The notes below the pieces were generated by a model. It ran no database searches. It worked only from the letters and a program-made list of their open reading frames with translations, and had not been told where the DNA came from. The position numbers were made by a program, and so were the translations under genes. From Moniliella sp. 'wahieum' (taxonomy: Eukaryota), in NCBI GenBank assembly GCA_003971905.1, contig RSEE01000028.1, forward strand, positions 186,001 to 250,000: 64,000 nucleotides of DNA, in the 5' to 3' direction. This document shows positions 12,188-25,001 of the stretch, one piece after another. The number at the start of each line of letters is the position of its first letter. Positions within the stretch are counted from its first letter, which is position 1.

Positions 12188-14194
12188 ATGCACCCCAGCC
12201 AGCTGCTGCTCCAACCACGTCTCCAGGCACGCGCCTTCTATCGCGACTCATCTGTTCTGCGTTTCCGCCGCTCGGACGACGATCAACAAACCCTCAATGG
12301 CGCTACTCTCCCTGTGGACGAAGACGACCCCACACCGCCTGACAAGACCCCTAACCAGGAAACAGACCCTGATACGGAGAAGAACCCAGGACGCACACCC
12401 GATGCTCGTGCGGTTGCACCGTCAGTTCGCCGGGCGAACGTCCCAGCGTGTGGGGCCCAACGGCGAAGTGTTCATTGTGGGATGGGACGAGGGGAGAAGA
12501 ACAACCCACAGAACTGGACTGTATTTTACAAGTGGTGTATGACCATCTCGGTTGCTGCCATTGCAACGGTCGTGGGCATGGCTTCATCAATCGACAGTGC
12601 TGGTGTCCAGTATTCCAGTCGTCGGTTCCATGTGGGCATCGAGACTGCAGAGCTACAAACTGCACTTTATCTCGTTGGCTTTGGCATTTCTGCGCCCATC
12701 TTTGGTCCTCTGAGCGAACTAGCTGGGAGGGTGCCTGTCTACTGCTTCACACTCTTGATTTTTTCCCTTTTTGAGATGGGGCAGCCCTGTCGCAAAACAT
12801 ACAAACCCGCGTTATTCTCCGCTTTTTTGCGGGGTTTTGGGGCAGTTCGCCGCTATCAAACGCAGGCGGGTCGGTTGCGGATATGGTAGATGGCCGCAGC
12901 CGCACCATCTACTTCGCTATATTTTCCCTTAGCGGCTTCTTAGGTCCCGCTTTGGGTCCTGTAATAGGAGGATACCTTGCCATGAACGCTGGCCAGCAAT
13001 GGTGCGATTGGGTCATGGCTTTGACTTCGTTTGCTCTGACGGCAACCCTTGCACTCTTTATGAAGGAGACATACGCCCCTATCTTGCTCAAGGACAAAGC
13101 TCAAGCTATACGCAATGTAACCGGGGATGGCCGTTACATGACCGCTCTCGAACGGGAACGGATGGATGTTCCGTTCAGCCATGCGTTCAGGGCAGCCCTT
13201 TTCAAACCGTTGGCATACCTGATTTGTACGGCAACGATCTCCCGTGTGACTTGTGGTAGTGCTGACTGTTTATACCCACCAGACGAACCTATTGTCTTTG
13301 CCTTATCGGCGGCATTATCTATGATCTATTGTGTCTTCTTTGGGTTCTTGAGGGCCTATCTACGACCTTCCAGCGCTGGCACTTCAATGCTGGCAAGATT
13401 GGGCTCGTCTTTCTTTCGCTCTGTGTTGGTCTCGCCTTTTCTTTGGTGCCATTGCCCTGGATTTACAAGCGGTATGTACGCAAAGAAAAGGAAGCTCAAC
13501 AGCATCTGGCCCAGCTGAAGGCCGAAGGCGTCCCCGATCAAAACATATCTCCGTTAGAGGACAGCCACCCGGAGGAACGATTGATTCATGCCATGTTGGG
13601 TACCTGGTTCCTTGTAGCCGGCCTGGCGTGGCAAGCCGGTACTAGCACCCTTGCCCCTGACGGCTCTCCTTGGCCTGCCATTGTGGCTTTGGTATTCGTG
13701 GGCGCCGGGGTTTTGGCTTGGTTTATCTCTTCCTACGTGAGTCTTTTCTTTGCACCAGGAGCGCCCTCTCATCTTTGGTTTGAGACTACGCGTAATGTTG
13801 CTAACCGCCCCTACCCAATTGCAGAGTATGTGATTGATGTTTATGGCACAGGGAGTGCAAGTGCCCTTGCCACTCTCACATTGGTGCGCTACCCCATTGC
13901 TGGGGGCGCTACTATGTTCAGCCGTACGTTGGTCTTGATGCCTCGTCACCATTTCTGTCGTACTGACCTCCCTTCTTTTGACATTCGCAGGCCCCATGTA
14001 CCAAAATCTTCGTACGTCTTTTGCTGCCTCGACGCGAAGGGTATCTCATGTGCTGACCTCTATTTTTGTTGTGCAGGTCCACAATATGCGTTGACGCTCC
14101 TGGCGTGCCTTTCATTTGGATTCTCCTTCATTCCGTTTGCCTTTACATTTGGGGCCGTCGGATCAGGTCCTGGAGTCGCTTTGCGCGGACTTGA
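12188..14194 (+). CDS. MFS drug:H+ antiporter (DHA1, Tpo/Flr-like)
   Basis: IVGWDEG..NNPQNWTVFYKW, LYLVGFGISAPIFGPLSELAGRVPVY, GPALGPVIGGY, MKETYAPILL, PEERL, YVIDVYGTGSASALA. Introns near 13227-13281, 13737-13824, 13924-13990 and 14012-14076. Confidence 0.9.
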
Positions 14195-14843
14195 TGCGTT
14201 TGCTATGGCAGGGGGGGCTTTTTCTCCATGCGCCGGTGTGCCACCGCGGCAATCAGCCACGATCTCCATCAGTTGCAGCATATGCTCATCGCATCCATGG
14301 ATTTGGTTTCAAGAACGGGGGATGTGTCAGAACAGTCCTCTTAACCAAATCAGGTGAAACTTCTCACTGCTCTTCACTGATCCTGTTATCCTTCTTTCTA
14401 TACCTGCACATCCTTGTTTCCCTTGGTACTTGGTCTCACTCTCCTCGCTCGACCCTTACCGAAGAAGGAGTGCACCTTGTATGCTTTCAGTCCCTATAAT
14501 AACAAGCATGGCTTGTATGCACCAAGAAAACGTGCAGCCAGCAGCAAAAACCGCTGTTGCCTTCGCGTTGATTGCAATACTATCCAGTGTCCAGCCTGGA
14601 CCGAAGGAAGAGAATGGTCTACAAGTCGCCTACGGGTGGTACAGTAAGATGCAGAATGAGGCATATAGTAGACGCGTGAAGCGGGCCTCACAGGATAATT
14701 CCCGTTCGGGTGTGGCCACTTCACTGTTGGTGGCAAAAAGGGGAGAAGCGGTTAATGTAATCATGCAGATCTCCGGATCATGATATGGAAAGGGGATCTG
14801 GGGGGGCTTAACTGCGGCCTGAAGCAATGATGTCGAAGCAACA

Positions 14844-17548
14844 TCATGTCCAGAGCCACACAAAGGAGAAGGGACAAAGAAAAAAAAGGCGGAGACGCGA
14901 GGGGTCATGAGAGGTAGTAGGGATGACAGCTTGAAGAGGGGCAGGGGTTGATACTGTAGCCTGCCCGGGACTGGCGGCGTCAGTTGCTAGGGATGGGTCA
15001 TCGGGTCGTGTGCGTCGCTCTTCCAGGACAAACGTAGGATCGGTAGAGGGTGGAGGAACGACATCTTGCAACGGAATCTCCTCCTCCACTGGGCCTGACA
15101 ATGGAGTAGAGGTGAAGCGGAGGTTGGCGGACCGCGTGGGCGGAGGGGTTGGCACCGACGAGAGAGTTGGTGGGAGAGACGGAATTCGCGCCTGAGAGCC
15201 CAACCCTTGATGAGAAGCAGTGCAGCTGCGAAACAGAAGGATAAGCAGACGGTGGCCACCAAAAAGCAGAGGATAGCCATCACATCATCATAGCCGCCGC
15301 GCATGGCAGCAAACGACACTTCCTCAGAGGAAAGCATAAATGCCAGTCTCCCCCAGCCAGACAGAACGCCGCTAAGGCTTCTGTAGGTGGACGTGAGGGC
15401 AGAATTGAGGCCGGAGGCCGGAGCCAAAGGAAGACATAGGTGAGGAGCCGGAATACCCCAAAGCCAGCCAGTAGGTTCCCCCACAGCACATGAATCTGAA
15501 TCGTACTCATAGTCTAGATGATGAGCCGACCATAGCGCTCCCGTCAAACCAATGATGACTGCCGGGAAAGGGTTGAAAGAAAGAGGCAGCATAGGACGAT
15601 GGTGGAGTGGACGTTAACAAGTTCATCGCCGCTTGGGCAGGCACACTTCAAGGCTGTACGCTCCCGAGCGGCCGACACGATGTGCCCCACGCTCAGGAAG
15701 TCCGATTCGGAACTTGCTGAGTAGGGTCGAGCGCTGAGGGGTGGTTAAGGGCGGGAGTAAAAGAGAGCAGGTCGCGCAATCGGCGTGTTCGAGCAACAAC
15801 CCGACCAGCCCACCAAACCAGAAACATGACGGCGATGGAGATGTGTTGAATCTGCTTGATGGTGTAAGGGTCGCCGGGCTGGAGCCAAAACGTTCCATCC
15901 TGTGTGGTGATTCCATAGACGAAGATGACCATGCACTCAATAAACTCGAGTAGTGACGACATTCCGTCGCCAGTGTGCAACTCCAGCCCGTCGGGACGAT
16001 CTAGAGTAGGCTTGCGGTTCCAAGCCCAGCCAAACTCGGCATAAAAACACCCAGGTAGCGTGCCCAGGTAAGCAATCCATACCAGAAGAAGATGGCGCCT
16101 TGACACCGTGGGCCGCACATGTGTGACTCTTTTTCCTCGGCATGTACCAGTGTACACTGCCAAGCCCGTGTAGGCACAAGCAAACCAATCAGGGGAAGTG
16201 AGCGATTTACTACCACATGGGTGTAGCGAGCTGTGGTACGCAGTTTGGTCCAGATGGATGTTTGCTTTGGCGGCCTCGGGAGACAAGTGAGGGGCAGAGG
16301 AGGCAGAATGGGCCACCGAGGGGGAACTGCAACGGCTGCTGATGAGGCACTGAGGCGACCCTGACGAACGGTGGGTTGACCAATGTTCCAGAGGGTGAAG
16401 GAAGATCATCCATGCCACCAGCCTCTGCTGGGTCATTCTCGGCCTCAAGATCATGGGGCGTGACCTGAAGCATGCGTTCCTGCTCGTCCTTCAAACTTTC
16501 GAGTTTTTCAGGGTGGTAGGTTTGGTCTTTGCCTAGTGCGATCCGCACCACGTTCATCCACTGCTGTGTCCTTCGTTTGTGCCAAGAGCACTGTACCGCT
16601 TTGGTTGAGGGAGGGCCATGGCGCCCAGCAAAGCCGACACTTGAAACCACAGCTTTCCAAATCTGGACACAAGCTGCACCACATCCTTGCCAATGCCGCG
16701 AGGGGAGGAAATCCAAAATAGCGCATGGCCATCTTTCCGTGCGCATTTGACGGATAGAGGGGAGGTGTTAGGGCATTATACACTTGCCCCAACATGATGA
16801 CCCTCCAAGAGTGACGAGATAGAAGGCAAGCAAGCGGCGCCAAAGTGGAGTGACCCGCTTTAAGAGCCAATGCTGTATCGAAGTATCAAAGGTCAGCAAT
16901 CCAACCCCATGCACCAACGTGGGAAATTAGATGGTTCATGTACGCACCCAAGGGACAAAGCACAAGCGTTGCTACCACACATCCAATCACATGCAAAGCC
17001 ATGAGCGTTTGTGCCGGCGAATCCGCCCGTCGTCCGGAACGTACGACGCTACGGTGCGTTCCACCTGTTCACGTTGGGCATCCGACAAATGGTTCGCTCA
17101 CAAGCGTGCGCCAAATCCCCTCCACATGCGCCATCAGCTCTCGGGACGGGAAAGGGCACTGGGGTTCAACGAACCGAGCCTCTTCGTTCCGACCCATAGC
17201 GTACCCATAGTCCCACTCGATGTAGCTTAACGGCATAGGCCCAGATGAGAGGAAGAGATTGGTTTCGTTCAGGTTGGCTAGTACAGGTGCATGGGCACCC
17301 TTGTGTTCATGTGTGCCTGCCCCCCAGCCAGGAATCCAGGGGACAGGGACCAGCTCGCCTGTTTCTGCGTGCGGGATGGAGATGGTGTGTGGATGTGATG
17401 GGTCGTGCGTGTCATGTGCATGGCTGTTGTACTCTTCCTCTCCGTCATGGCGGGACGTGTGGGCAGCAAGGGCGCCACCCCCGGTCCTGGCGCTAGCGAC
17501 GAGGCCGGAGGCGGCAAAAACGGCAGCCAAGGCAGCTAGACGGACCAT
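14844..17548 (-). CDS. Ytp1/DUF2427 (YCR061W-like) polytopic membrane protein with signal peptide
   Basis: Signal peptide MVRLAALAAVFAASGLVASA, a His-rich N-terminus, QIQHISIAVMF, NPFPAVIIGLTG, QIHVLWGNLLAGFG and ASILPSRPPTEALAAFCL. Frameshifts; 3' end approximate. Confidence 0.8.
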
Positions 17549-19189
17549 GGAGGTGCGTGCACAGCCAATGGATGGTGGTGGGAGATTGGGCCGGAGGGGG
17601 GAAGAGGCCGAAGAGGAGATGGCTCGAGAGAAAGAGTGGTCGGCAAGCTGTGAAGGGCTGCCTCAGCGGCCTCAGCGCCAACGCAAATTGCGACGCTCGA
17701 CTGGGCTCGCCTGGGCACGGCGGGCATGGATCTGCATCGAGGTTGGGCGTACCGCTGGCTAGTAGCTTGCGTTGAAGCCTGACTGGTGGCGGGCGGCGCA
17801 TGAGGCGCGGTGCGGGATGGATGACGCGCGCTGCGAGAGACTGCGCGGCACCAGAAATGGCCCCGGGTGGCGTGTTTTGTCGCGCAGGCCGTGCAGGCAG
17901 GGGCAGGCACCGACGCCGGGGGGCAGTGTGCGACACATCATACGAGCATCTGCCTGAGCCGGGCGACACTTCCGCCAAGCTGGCACACGGGCGCTCCCCA
18001 GTCGCAGCACGGGGGCAGTGCCGCAATGCGCCCACAATTGGGCGCCTACCTATATATTCTGTCCTTCACGATACGGCCGCCCCCGTGGGAGGCAACGCTC
18101 GCACTTCCCCAGTCGTATTCCCACCGCCCGGACTCGGTGGGTGACTGGCTTGTAGCCAGGGATCCGACTTCGGAATCGATCCGAGCCAGTGGCAACGGCT
18201 GGAGACCGGAGAGCGTATGACGCGGTGATGACCAATCATTAATCATCTCATTGATCCTTCAGCATGTTAATCGAGTTAGCCATGCATCTGACGGTGACCA
18301 TGTGACCTCTCATGTCACATGTCACGTGGCACGTCTCATCACAGCTGGGGCGAGGGCGCTTCCAGGCACGCCCTGGCTTCCCTGGCGTTCCTCGTAAGAT
18401 TCCCATGATTGACATGTTTTGACAGAGCATAGTAAAAGGGTGGGACAAAGAGACGCCTCTCGCTCACCGGCAGTCACCGGTCAGGCCGGTCACCGAAAAA
18501 AAACACATAGGCTGCGTTATCGAGGTTGGCGTTCCCACACCCTTGGAGCCTTTCCCAGGCAACGAACTGATGCGTATGGAGTGGATCCTAACGCATCCGC
18601 CACCTGCGCGTCGCCGCGTAACATGCGGAATACTTTACCGCACTGTACCTAAAGAAAGGGTCGACGGAGAGCACCGGGTTGAAGTGCTAGTGATCAACAT
18701 TGGCTGAGCGCGCGCTGAGCCTCAGCGCTGAGCCTCAGCGGTCAGGCTGACCGCTGACCGCTGACCGGACCACTGATACTGATACTGACCACTGATGTAC
18801 TAATGAGTCCATAAGATCTGAGAGTAGCCTTGAGCAGCTCCTCTCAGGATCTCAGATCTTCGATCTATCTCCTTCCTCTAAAAAGCCCTCGTTGAGAGAC
18901 CCATTTTCGGCCACTTTACGCGTTACGTTCCTCGAGGTGGTCACCTGCCTGCCATCACATGGATCATCGCGACAGCATTGCCGATCGCCCACATGACGTG
19001 AGCGTGTGCGACATGCGAATGATCTGAATGATTAATGATCGATCCATCCGTCACGGTCACGTCGGCCTAGGCCTCCTTCTATAGGCCTCAAGCTGAGCCT
19101 CAGCCCTCAGGCTGAGGGGCTTCAAGCTTCAAGTTGAGGCTTTATACGCTTTACTGTCTCGAGAGAGAAAGCCTCGGATGGTATTGCGA

Positions 19190-19456
19190 CGATCGCGGTG
19201 CACTTCCGGCCTGGGCCTCAGGCCTTAGTAGCTCCGAGGCTCCGCGGGTTCCGAAGACGGCTGAGCCTCGGCCATCAGGCTGATGCGCGTACCCCGCGTA
19301 AACCAACAATTAGTTAGCGCTTAGCCTTCTCTTGTAAAAATAAGTAAACCTCTCGTCCTGCTTCCGGCCACCAACGCCCCTCTCTCGCCGGCAATAGATT
19401 ACCTACGCTACTGCAGTGTCCTACCCGCTTCAGCATTCCTTGCGGTCTCCATAGCC
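19190..19456 (-). repeat. Dispersed conserved non-coding element, copy A (homologous to 34193-34407)
   Basis: The reverse complement GGCTATGGAGACCGCAAGGAATGCTGAAGCG..CAGTAGCGTAGG..GGCGAGAGA..GGCGTTGGTGG..GGAAGCAGG..GGGTACGCGCATCA..GTCTTCGGAACCCGCGGAG aligns collinearly with 34193-34407. Confidence 0.85.
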
Positions 19457-20041
19457 AGGGGGGAGTTGTGCGTGGCTCCGTTACTTGTCGGCGAGACTCG
19501 GCTAGGCATGCTACCAGCCATCGAGAACTGTAGGAGTGAGTCCTGAGTTGAGTCCATTGGATTCCGGCAGCATATCAAGATCAAGGGTTTATTTTATGTT
19601 TCTGGCACGGATGTTGTACAAAAGTCAGAACGTCAGGGCAGACAGATCGATATTGGGCTCCGACGCAACACAGCACAAGGCAAGGCAAGGCAAGGCAAGG
19701 CCACACAACACAACGCAGCCCATTCAGGTTCAGTACGTAGTCTCACGCCCTCCCGACAGCGTTTTCCTGCTCACTTGGCGCTTGAAGCTAGAGGGTCAAG
19801 CTTCAAGCGGGAAGCTGCGAGGAACGCCGAAGGAGGCGAGACACGCTTCATGGGCTCAAGATTCAAGATTCAAGATTCAAGATCCAAAACAAACAACATC
19901 AAACAAAAGCGTCCGTCGCACTCGCAGGCCCGCGTGGCCTGCGCAGCGCTTTGCGCTCAGCTGAGCACTCCGTTGGAGGACTCAGGCTCAGCATAGACCG
20001 TCCGTCCCACCAGTCCCCGGCCCCGGACCGGGGGGCAAATC

Positions 20042-23000
20042 TCAGACGGCGGGCAGGCGCTCAGGCCGAGACCAAATTGGCTGCAAGGGGAGGAAGGATG
20101 GGAGAAACGTCGTTGTGGCACTCGATCTCGGCATCGTCGACCGTGTGTGCAGTTTGTGGCTTGTCGGGCCTGTCGGCGTGCCGGCCTCGGTCTCGGTCTC
20201 GGTCTCGGCTTCCATCGCGCCCATCGTGTCCATCTCGTCCCAAAAGTCCGACTCGGAGACGAGCGAGCGGTCAGCGAGCCAATCGTCGCCATCGGCACTG
20301 CAGCTGGTACTGGCGCTGTCATCGTCGCTGGCCGGGGGCACGGGGAGCGTCGGTTCGCCGCCGGCGCCCGCTGCGCCCGCTGCACCCGGCACGGTCCATC
20401 GGTAACAGAGGTGGGTCAGGATCGATGCACGTTTCGCGTGCCGGGGCAAACGAGGGCTTCGCCGCCGTCGCCGGCCATGGGTGGGGCAGGACGCGGCGCA
20501 GCTCGAGCGAGGCGGAAAGTAAGTGGGGCGGTGTGCCGTCGGCCGACGAGGGAGGGAAGAGGACCCGGCTCGCATCGCCTTGCGTACCAGCCAACTCGTG
20601 CGCCAACCACGCAACAGCACCGCCCACCCCAGCGTAGCGCGCATCAGAGCAAACGCCCGCTCGTCCTCCGAGTGCGCCGGGTCGTCGCCGCCGGCCTTGG
20701 TGGCAGCGCTGCGCGGGGCGAGGAAGGTAGTCACTTCCTCGCCAGCCGCCGGACCCAGCACAAGACGAGCGCACGCGTCCACGGCCAGGGTGGAGGTAGG
20801 GCAGGCGGGGGGAGCCAGGTCGGAAACGAGGGTGATCAGCTGGTCTTGCGCCCACCCAACCGCCTCGGGACGCGAGAGGAACGTCCAGGCAATCTTGGTC
20901 AGACGGGCGGCGAGGTGGGCCGGGGTGCCAGGCGCGGTGGCAGCCAAGACATCGGAAACCATGTCTTCCATCGCGTCCCGCTGCCGCGCGTCTTCCAGCA
21001 CGGAAAACGACAAGGGCCGAAGGAATGCACCTGGGTCCATCGGGGCGCCGGGCAAGCACTCCGACGAGGCATTGATCTTGGTTGCAAACTCGGTGAGGAA
21101 AGCCTTGAGCGACCGCCCCTTCCATGTCCCATGCGTCGTCCCCTCAAACCCCATCCTCCACCGCATCCCAATCGGTGCGCCAGGAGAGCGTGCGCGGAGC
21201 AGGCGCGTGCACCAACGCGGAAAAGAGGTAGGTCCAGACGCGCTGAAGGGTGGCCATGTGCATCCGGCTGGACAAGACGAGGGGGGGTGGCGAGGTACGC
21301 GCTCGTCGCCGCAGCTGTGGACGCCGTAGCAGCAGCGAGAGAAGTTTGAGCAGGCACCATAGCCAAGGCCGAGTCGAGGTCGAGGGCCAAAACGGGCTGA
21401 AGCCAGGAAGGCACTGAGTTGGGCGTCTTGCACGCGCTCGAGCTCGCGTAGGCAACCTGAACACGGACTGCGTCCCACCTCGACGTTGCCAGGCCACGTA
21501 GCCACCGGCCAAACGTGTGCTCCGTCTTGGCCATGCGTCCCATTGCCAGTGCAGCGGTCGCCTCGACACGGAGCGTGCTGAGCCGAGTGCTGGTCAACCG
21601 ATCCAGACGAGCCGGCGCAGCGTGGTGAGCAGCGTGTGCACCCGAAGGCTCAGCGCGGGCTCAGCAAAGGGACCAACCGATGTCTCCAACTCCAGCAGGC
21701 GTAGCCAGGCGTGGGATGAAATCTTTGTCTCGTCCGGGTCTTCGTTGGTGCCATCCCCTTGCGTTTCGCTTTTCGGCGCTTCCACCTTCCGGGGAGGGTA
21801 GAGCGAAGCGAGGCAGCGGTCGGGGAGAGAAAGCAGGAAGAGCTCGTGGATCGCACCCCCAACGGCGGCCAGACTGGAGCGCGGGGCATCCAGGTACGTA
21901 CGCAATGCTGCATCCGTGTCGGCGGCGGAGGACCGTGGGGTAGCGAGTTGAGACAGCAAAACAGCACGAGCAGTCTGTTCCTTGGGCACCGACCTGGGGC
22001 GCAAGTAGGCATGGCAAAGATGAGACACGCCCCGCACCCAGAAAGGAGCAAAGAGAACGATCGCACAAGCAACTCCCAACCATACCCGCACAAAGGAGAG
22101 GAGCGACTGGAAGAGGGAACGGTCGTCGACGGTGCTGGGGCTCGGGGCCTGCCACACGCGATTGTCAACCCAAGTGATGCCCAAAAAGGCGGCCATCATG
22201 TACATCCCGGCGGAGCCGGTTGCAGTGGGTGACGTCGAGGTACGCGATCCTTCGATACCGTGAGGCGAAGAAAGGTCGCTTCCAGTTTCCTCCTCCCATA
22301 CTCTCGGGCACAGCATCCAGGTCCAACAATGCGTCCTCAGCGGATGTAGGTTTGTCATCGACAACTGCGTCTTGGGATGTCTTGTTCTTGTCTTGTGGGG
22401 TGACGGCTGCCTTCTCGGCGTCGCGCTCGCGCTTGATCGCCTCCATTTCCTTGAGCCAAATGTCGAGCAACTCGTCGCCGCCTTGAAAGGAACGGATAAG
22501 TTCCCTGTACCCTTCGATCTCGAGCAGAAGATCGGTTTCACGTTGTTTGAGGTAGTAAATGTACTCGGTCGATTTGGTCAGAATGGTGGCCTTGTTAAGC
22601 TTGGTGGCCAGACTGATGCCATCAACCACTTGAATTGGTTGTTCTTCGCCCGACTTCCCGCTTTCTCTTGCCGCCGGGCTCTCCGGCAGGACGAACGTCA
22701 CGCAGAGCCGGTACCGCATTGCGCAAGATGGCAATGCGGTCATTGATGTTGTTGCGGTACCGACGCTCAATTGCATTGTGAGGTTCTTTGGCATTGGGAT
22801 CGTCAGGGTCAAACTCATCATCGTCCAGGTCCAGAGGATCCTTTTTCCCTTCCTTTTCAGCTTGCGCTCGCGCAGCCGCTCGCGCTTGGGCCACCTTGGA
22901 CCCAGGAGCAGGTAGCGGCTCCTTGGCCCACCGAGCTTCACGATCGCTGGCCAAACGCTTCAGGCCCTGAACCGCGACCGAAACACCAGCAAATTCTGGA

Positions 23001-24207
23001 GGAAACAAGGTTAGTTCAAGTGGGATCACACACACAACAATGGAAGTTATAGGGAAAGGTGACGCACGGCCAGGCTTGAGAACCCCCAATTCGGTCACAG
23101 GGGCTTCCGTCTTCTCCGGAGACGCAGGTTTGGCCTTGGACGTCATGCGGAGTTTGTGAGCGAGACTGGTTTCCGACATGCTCTTCTTATTGAAAGGGAC
23201 CGTCGGCTCGGTCGGGAACGGGGTGGCCATCCCACCGGCCTTGGCGGCAGCCATCGAGGCGAGGAGAGCAGGTGGAGAATGGGCATGTTGGTACCATCCG
23301 CGGAAAGGCGTTGCTTGGCAAGACGCTCACGAACAGCCGTGGCGAACGCGCCGCCGGCCGCTTGCTGGGTGGAGCAGCTGCCGCCGCCCAGGGTGTGAGA
23401 ACGAGCAGTGCGGCGGCGAGCGGGCTTGCCCCCGCTCATCGCAGCACCAGGAGCAAAGGGGCGGGGGTCTGGTTGTCGCACTGCGGCATCGTGCTCGCTT
23501 GAATCAACTGGGCTAATTGGTGCGCCGACAAGCCCGGGGCCGGCATGGGAAATGGAGGAGGAACAAAGTTGGCCAGGCTTGCATCGGTCAGCGGGGGCGA
23601 AATGCCGGTTCCCCATGACGAAGGCGGAGCGGGTTTGTGGGCGGTGGCAAGGGGGCGGCGGGAGGCATGCCAGGGATAGGGAACTGGTTGCCCGCTTGTT
23701 GGTAGTGAAGCAACATGTTCTGCAGCCAGGCCGCCGTAGCGTCTGGCGCACCGGGCGGGGTACTGGAGCAGCTTGTCAGCCCCTGCGCATCGAGCGCAGA
23801 GGGCAGGGGGTCTGGAGGGGCGGGGGAAGGTGGCAGTGGGCGATTGGTCGCACAGATGGCTGTCAACGGTGGAGGAGGGGAGCTGTCGGAGGTGTCGGTG
23901 TTGAGGAAGAGGGACTGCGGGTCAAGGCCCAAGTTGGAGAGGTCCGAGTCGCTTGCCGAGGGAGCGGACGGGGAGTCGGACGAGGTCTGGCTGGGCTGCA
24001 TGTCCATCGCCTCGAGTGCCGAGGCGGGCCAGGCGGGCTGGGGCATGTCGGAGCCCATGGTGAAGAGGTAGAGGGCCATGGCCTGGTCCAGCTCGGCTGG
24101 GAGCGGGCTGGAGAGCAGGCCATCCTGGCCCGACGAGGGCGTCGGGGGGGCGGGGGCGCCGGCAAGCGGGGCTGCTGGGCGAGGGCGTCGAGGGCGAGGG
24201 TGTGCAT
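20042..24207 (-). CDS. SRE1: SREBP (Sre1/SrbA-type) bHLH transcription factor with membrane anchor
   Basis: bHLH KEPHNAIERRYRNNINDRIAILRNAVPAL..KLNKATILTKSTEYIYYL carries the SREBP-diagnostic Tyr (RRYR). Hydrophobic segments follow (MYMMAAFLGITW; VWLGVACAIVLFAPFW), then a long C-terminal region. Intron 22996-23067; ends approximate. Confidence 0.88.
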
Positions 24208-24935
24208 GGCGAGGTGGTGGGGGAGAAGCAGGAGGGGGGGGTTGACAGGCGGCGTGGCTGGAGGGCGGGTGGGGTGATGGGCGGGAGCGCGGCGGGAATG
24301 GTGCGAGTGCGGCGGGGCGAGCGGCAGCGGCCGTGGCAGCGGCCGTGGGAGTGAGTACTGCGTGGGTAGTGGGGACGCTGGCGGCAACCAAACCCACTGC
24401 TGGGGCAGATAGGACGATGTGGGAGCCACCCGGCCCCGAGCCAACCAGCTGCACGATGCGTGAGGCGCAGATGCGTGATGGGAAGCCAGTCCCGGCAGGC
24501 GTGTGAAGCATGGGAAGCTCCAACGCACGCGTGCAGCCACCCGTGAGCAGGGTCCGCCACGGGTGACGCTGGCGCTGTGCTGGGCGCATGCAGCATGCAG
24601 CATGCACGGCGCGCTTCGCTGCGGTTTCAGCCGCTCAGCATTCAATTTAGTATGCAACTGACTCTGGCCGACTCGACGCGCGCGCATCGCAGCCGCTGCG
24701 GATTGGCCTATTTGCCTCCCCAGCACCCGCAGCCCATTTTGCCTGCCCTCGCCGCATACGTCCACCCGTCCAACCAGCCTGCTCGGCTGGCTGTGGTGCG
24801 TTGCCGCCTGGGTCGTCCCAGCACTTGGATTTTTTTCTCCCGGTCTCTCACACACACACACGATCATCTCATCGATGGATCATCCCTCCAGCGCCACTGG
24901 CCCCCTCCTTCCGCTGCCGATCTCCAACTCGCGCT

Positions 24936-25001
24936 CCCAGCGCCCAGCGCCCAGCGCCCAGCGCCCAGCGCCCAGCGCCCAGCGCCCAGCGCCCAGCGCC
25001 C
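24936..25001. repeat. (CCCAGCG)n heptamer tandem repeat, ~9 copies, upstream of SREBP
   Basis: Directly visible perfect 7-bp array. Confidence 0.95.

Noticed and set aside
18790..18830. Hammerhead-like CTAATGAGTCC
   Set aside because: Mismatch to the CTGATGA core and no downstream GGAC-GAAA to complete stem II.
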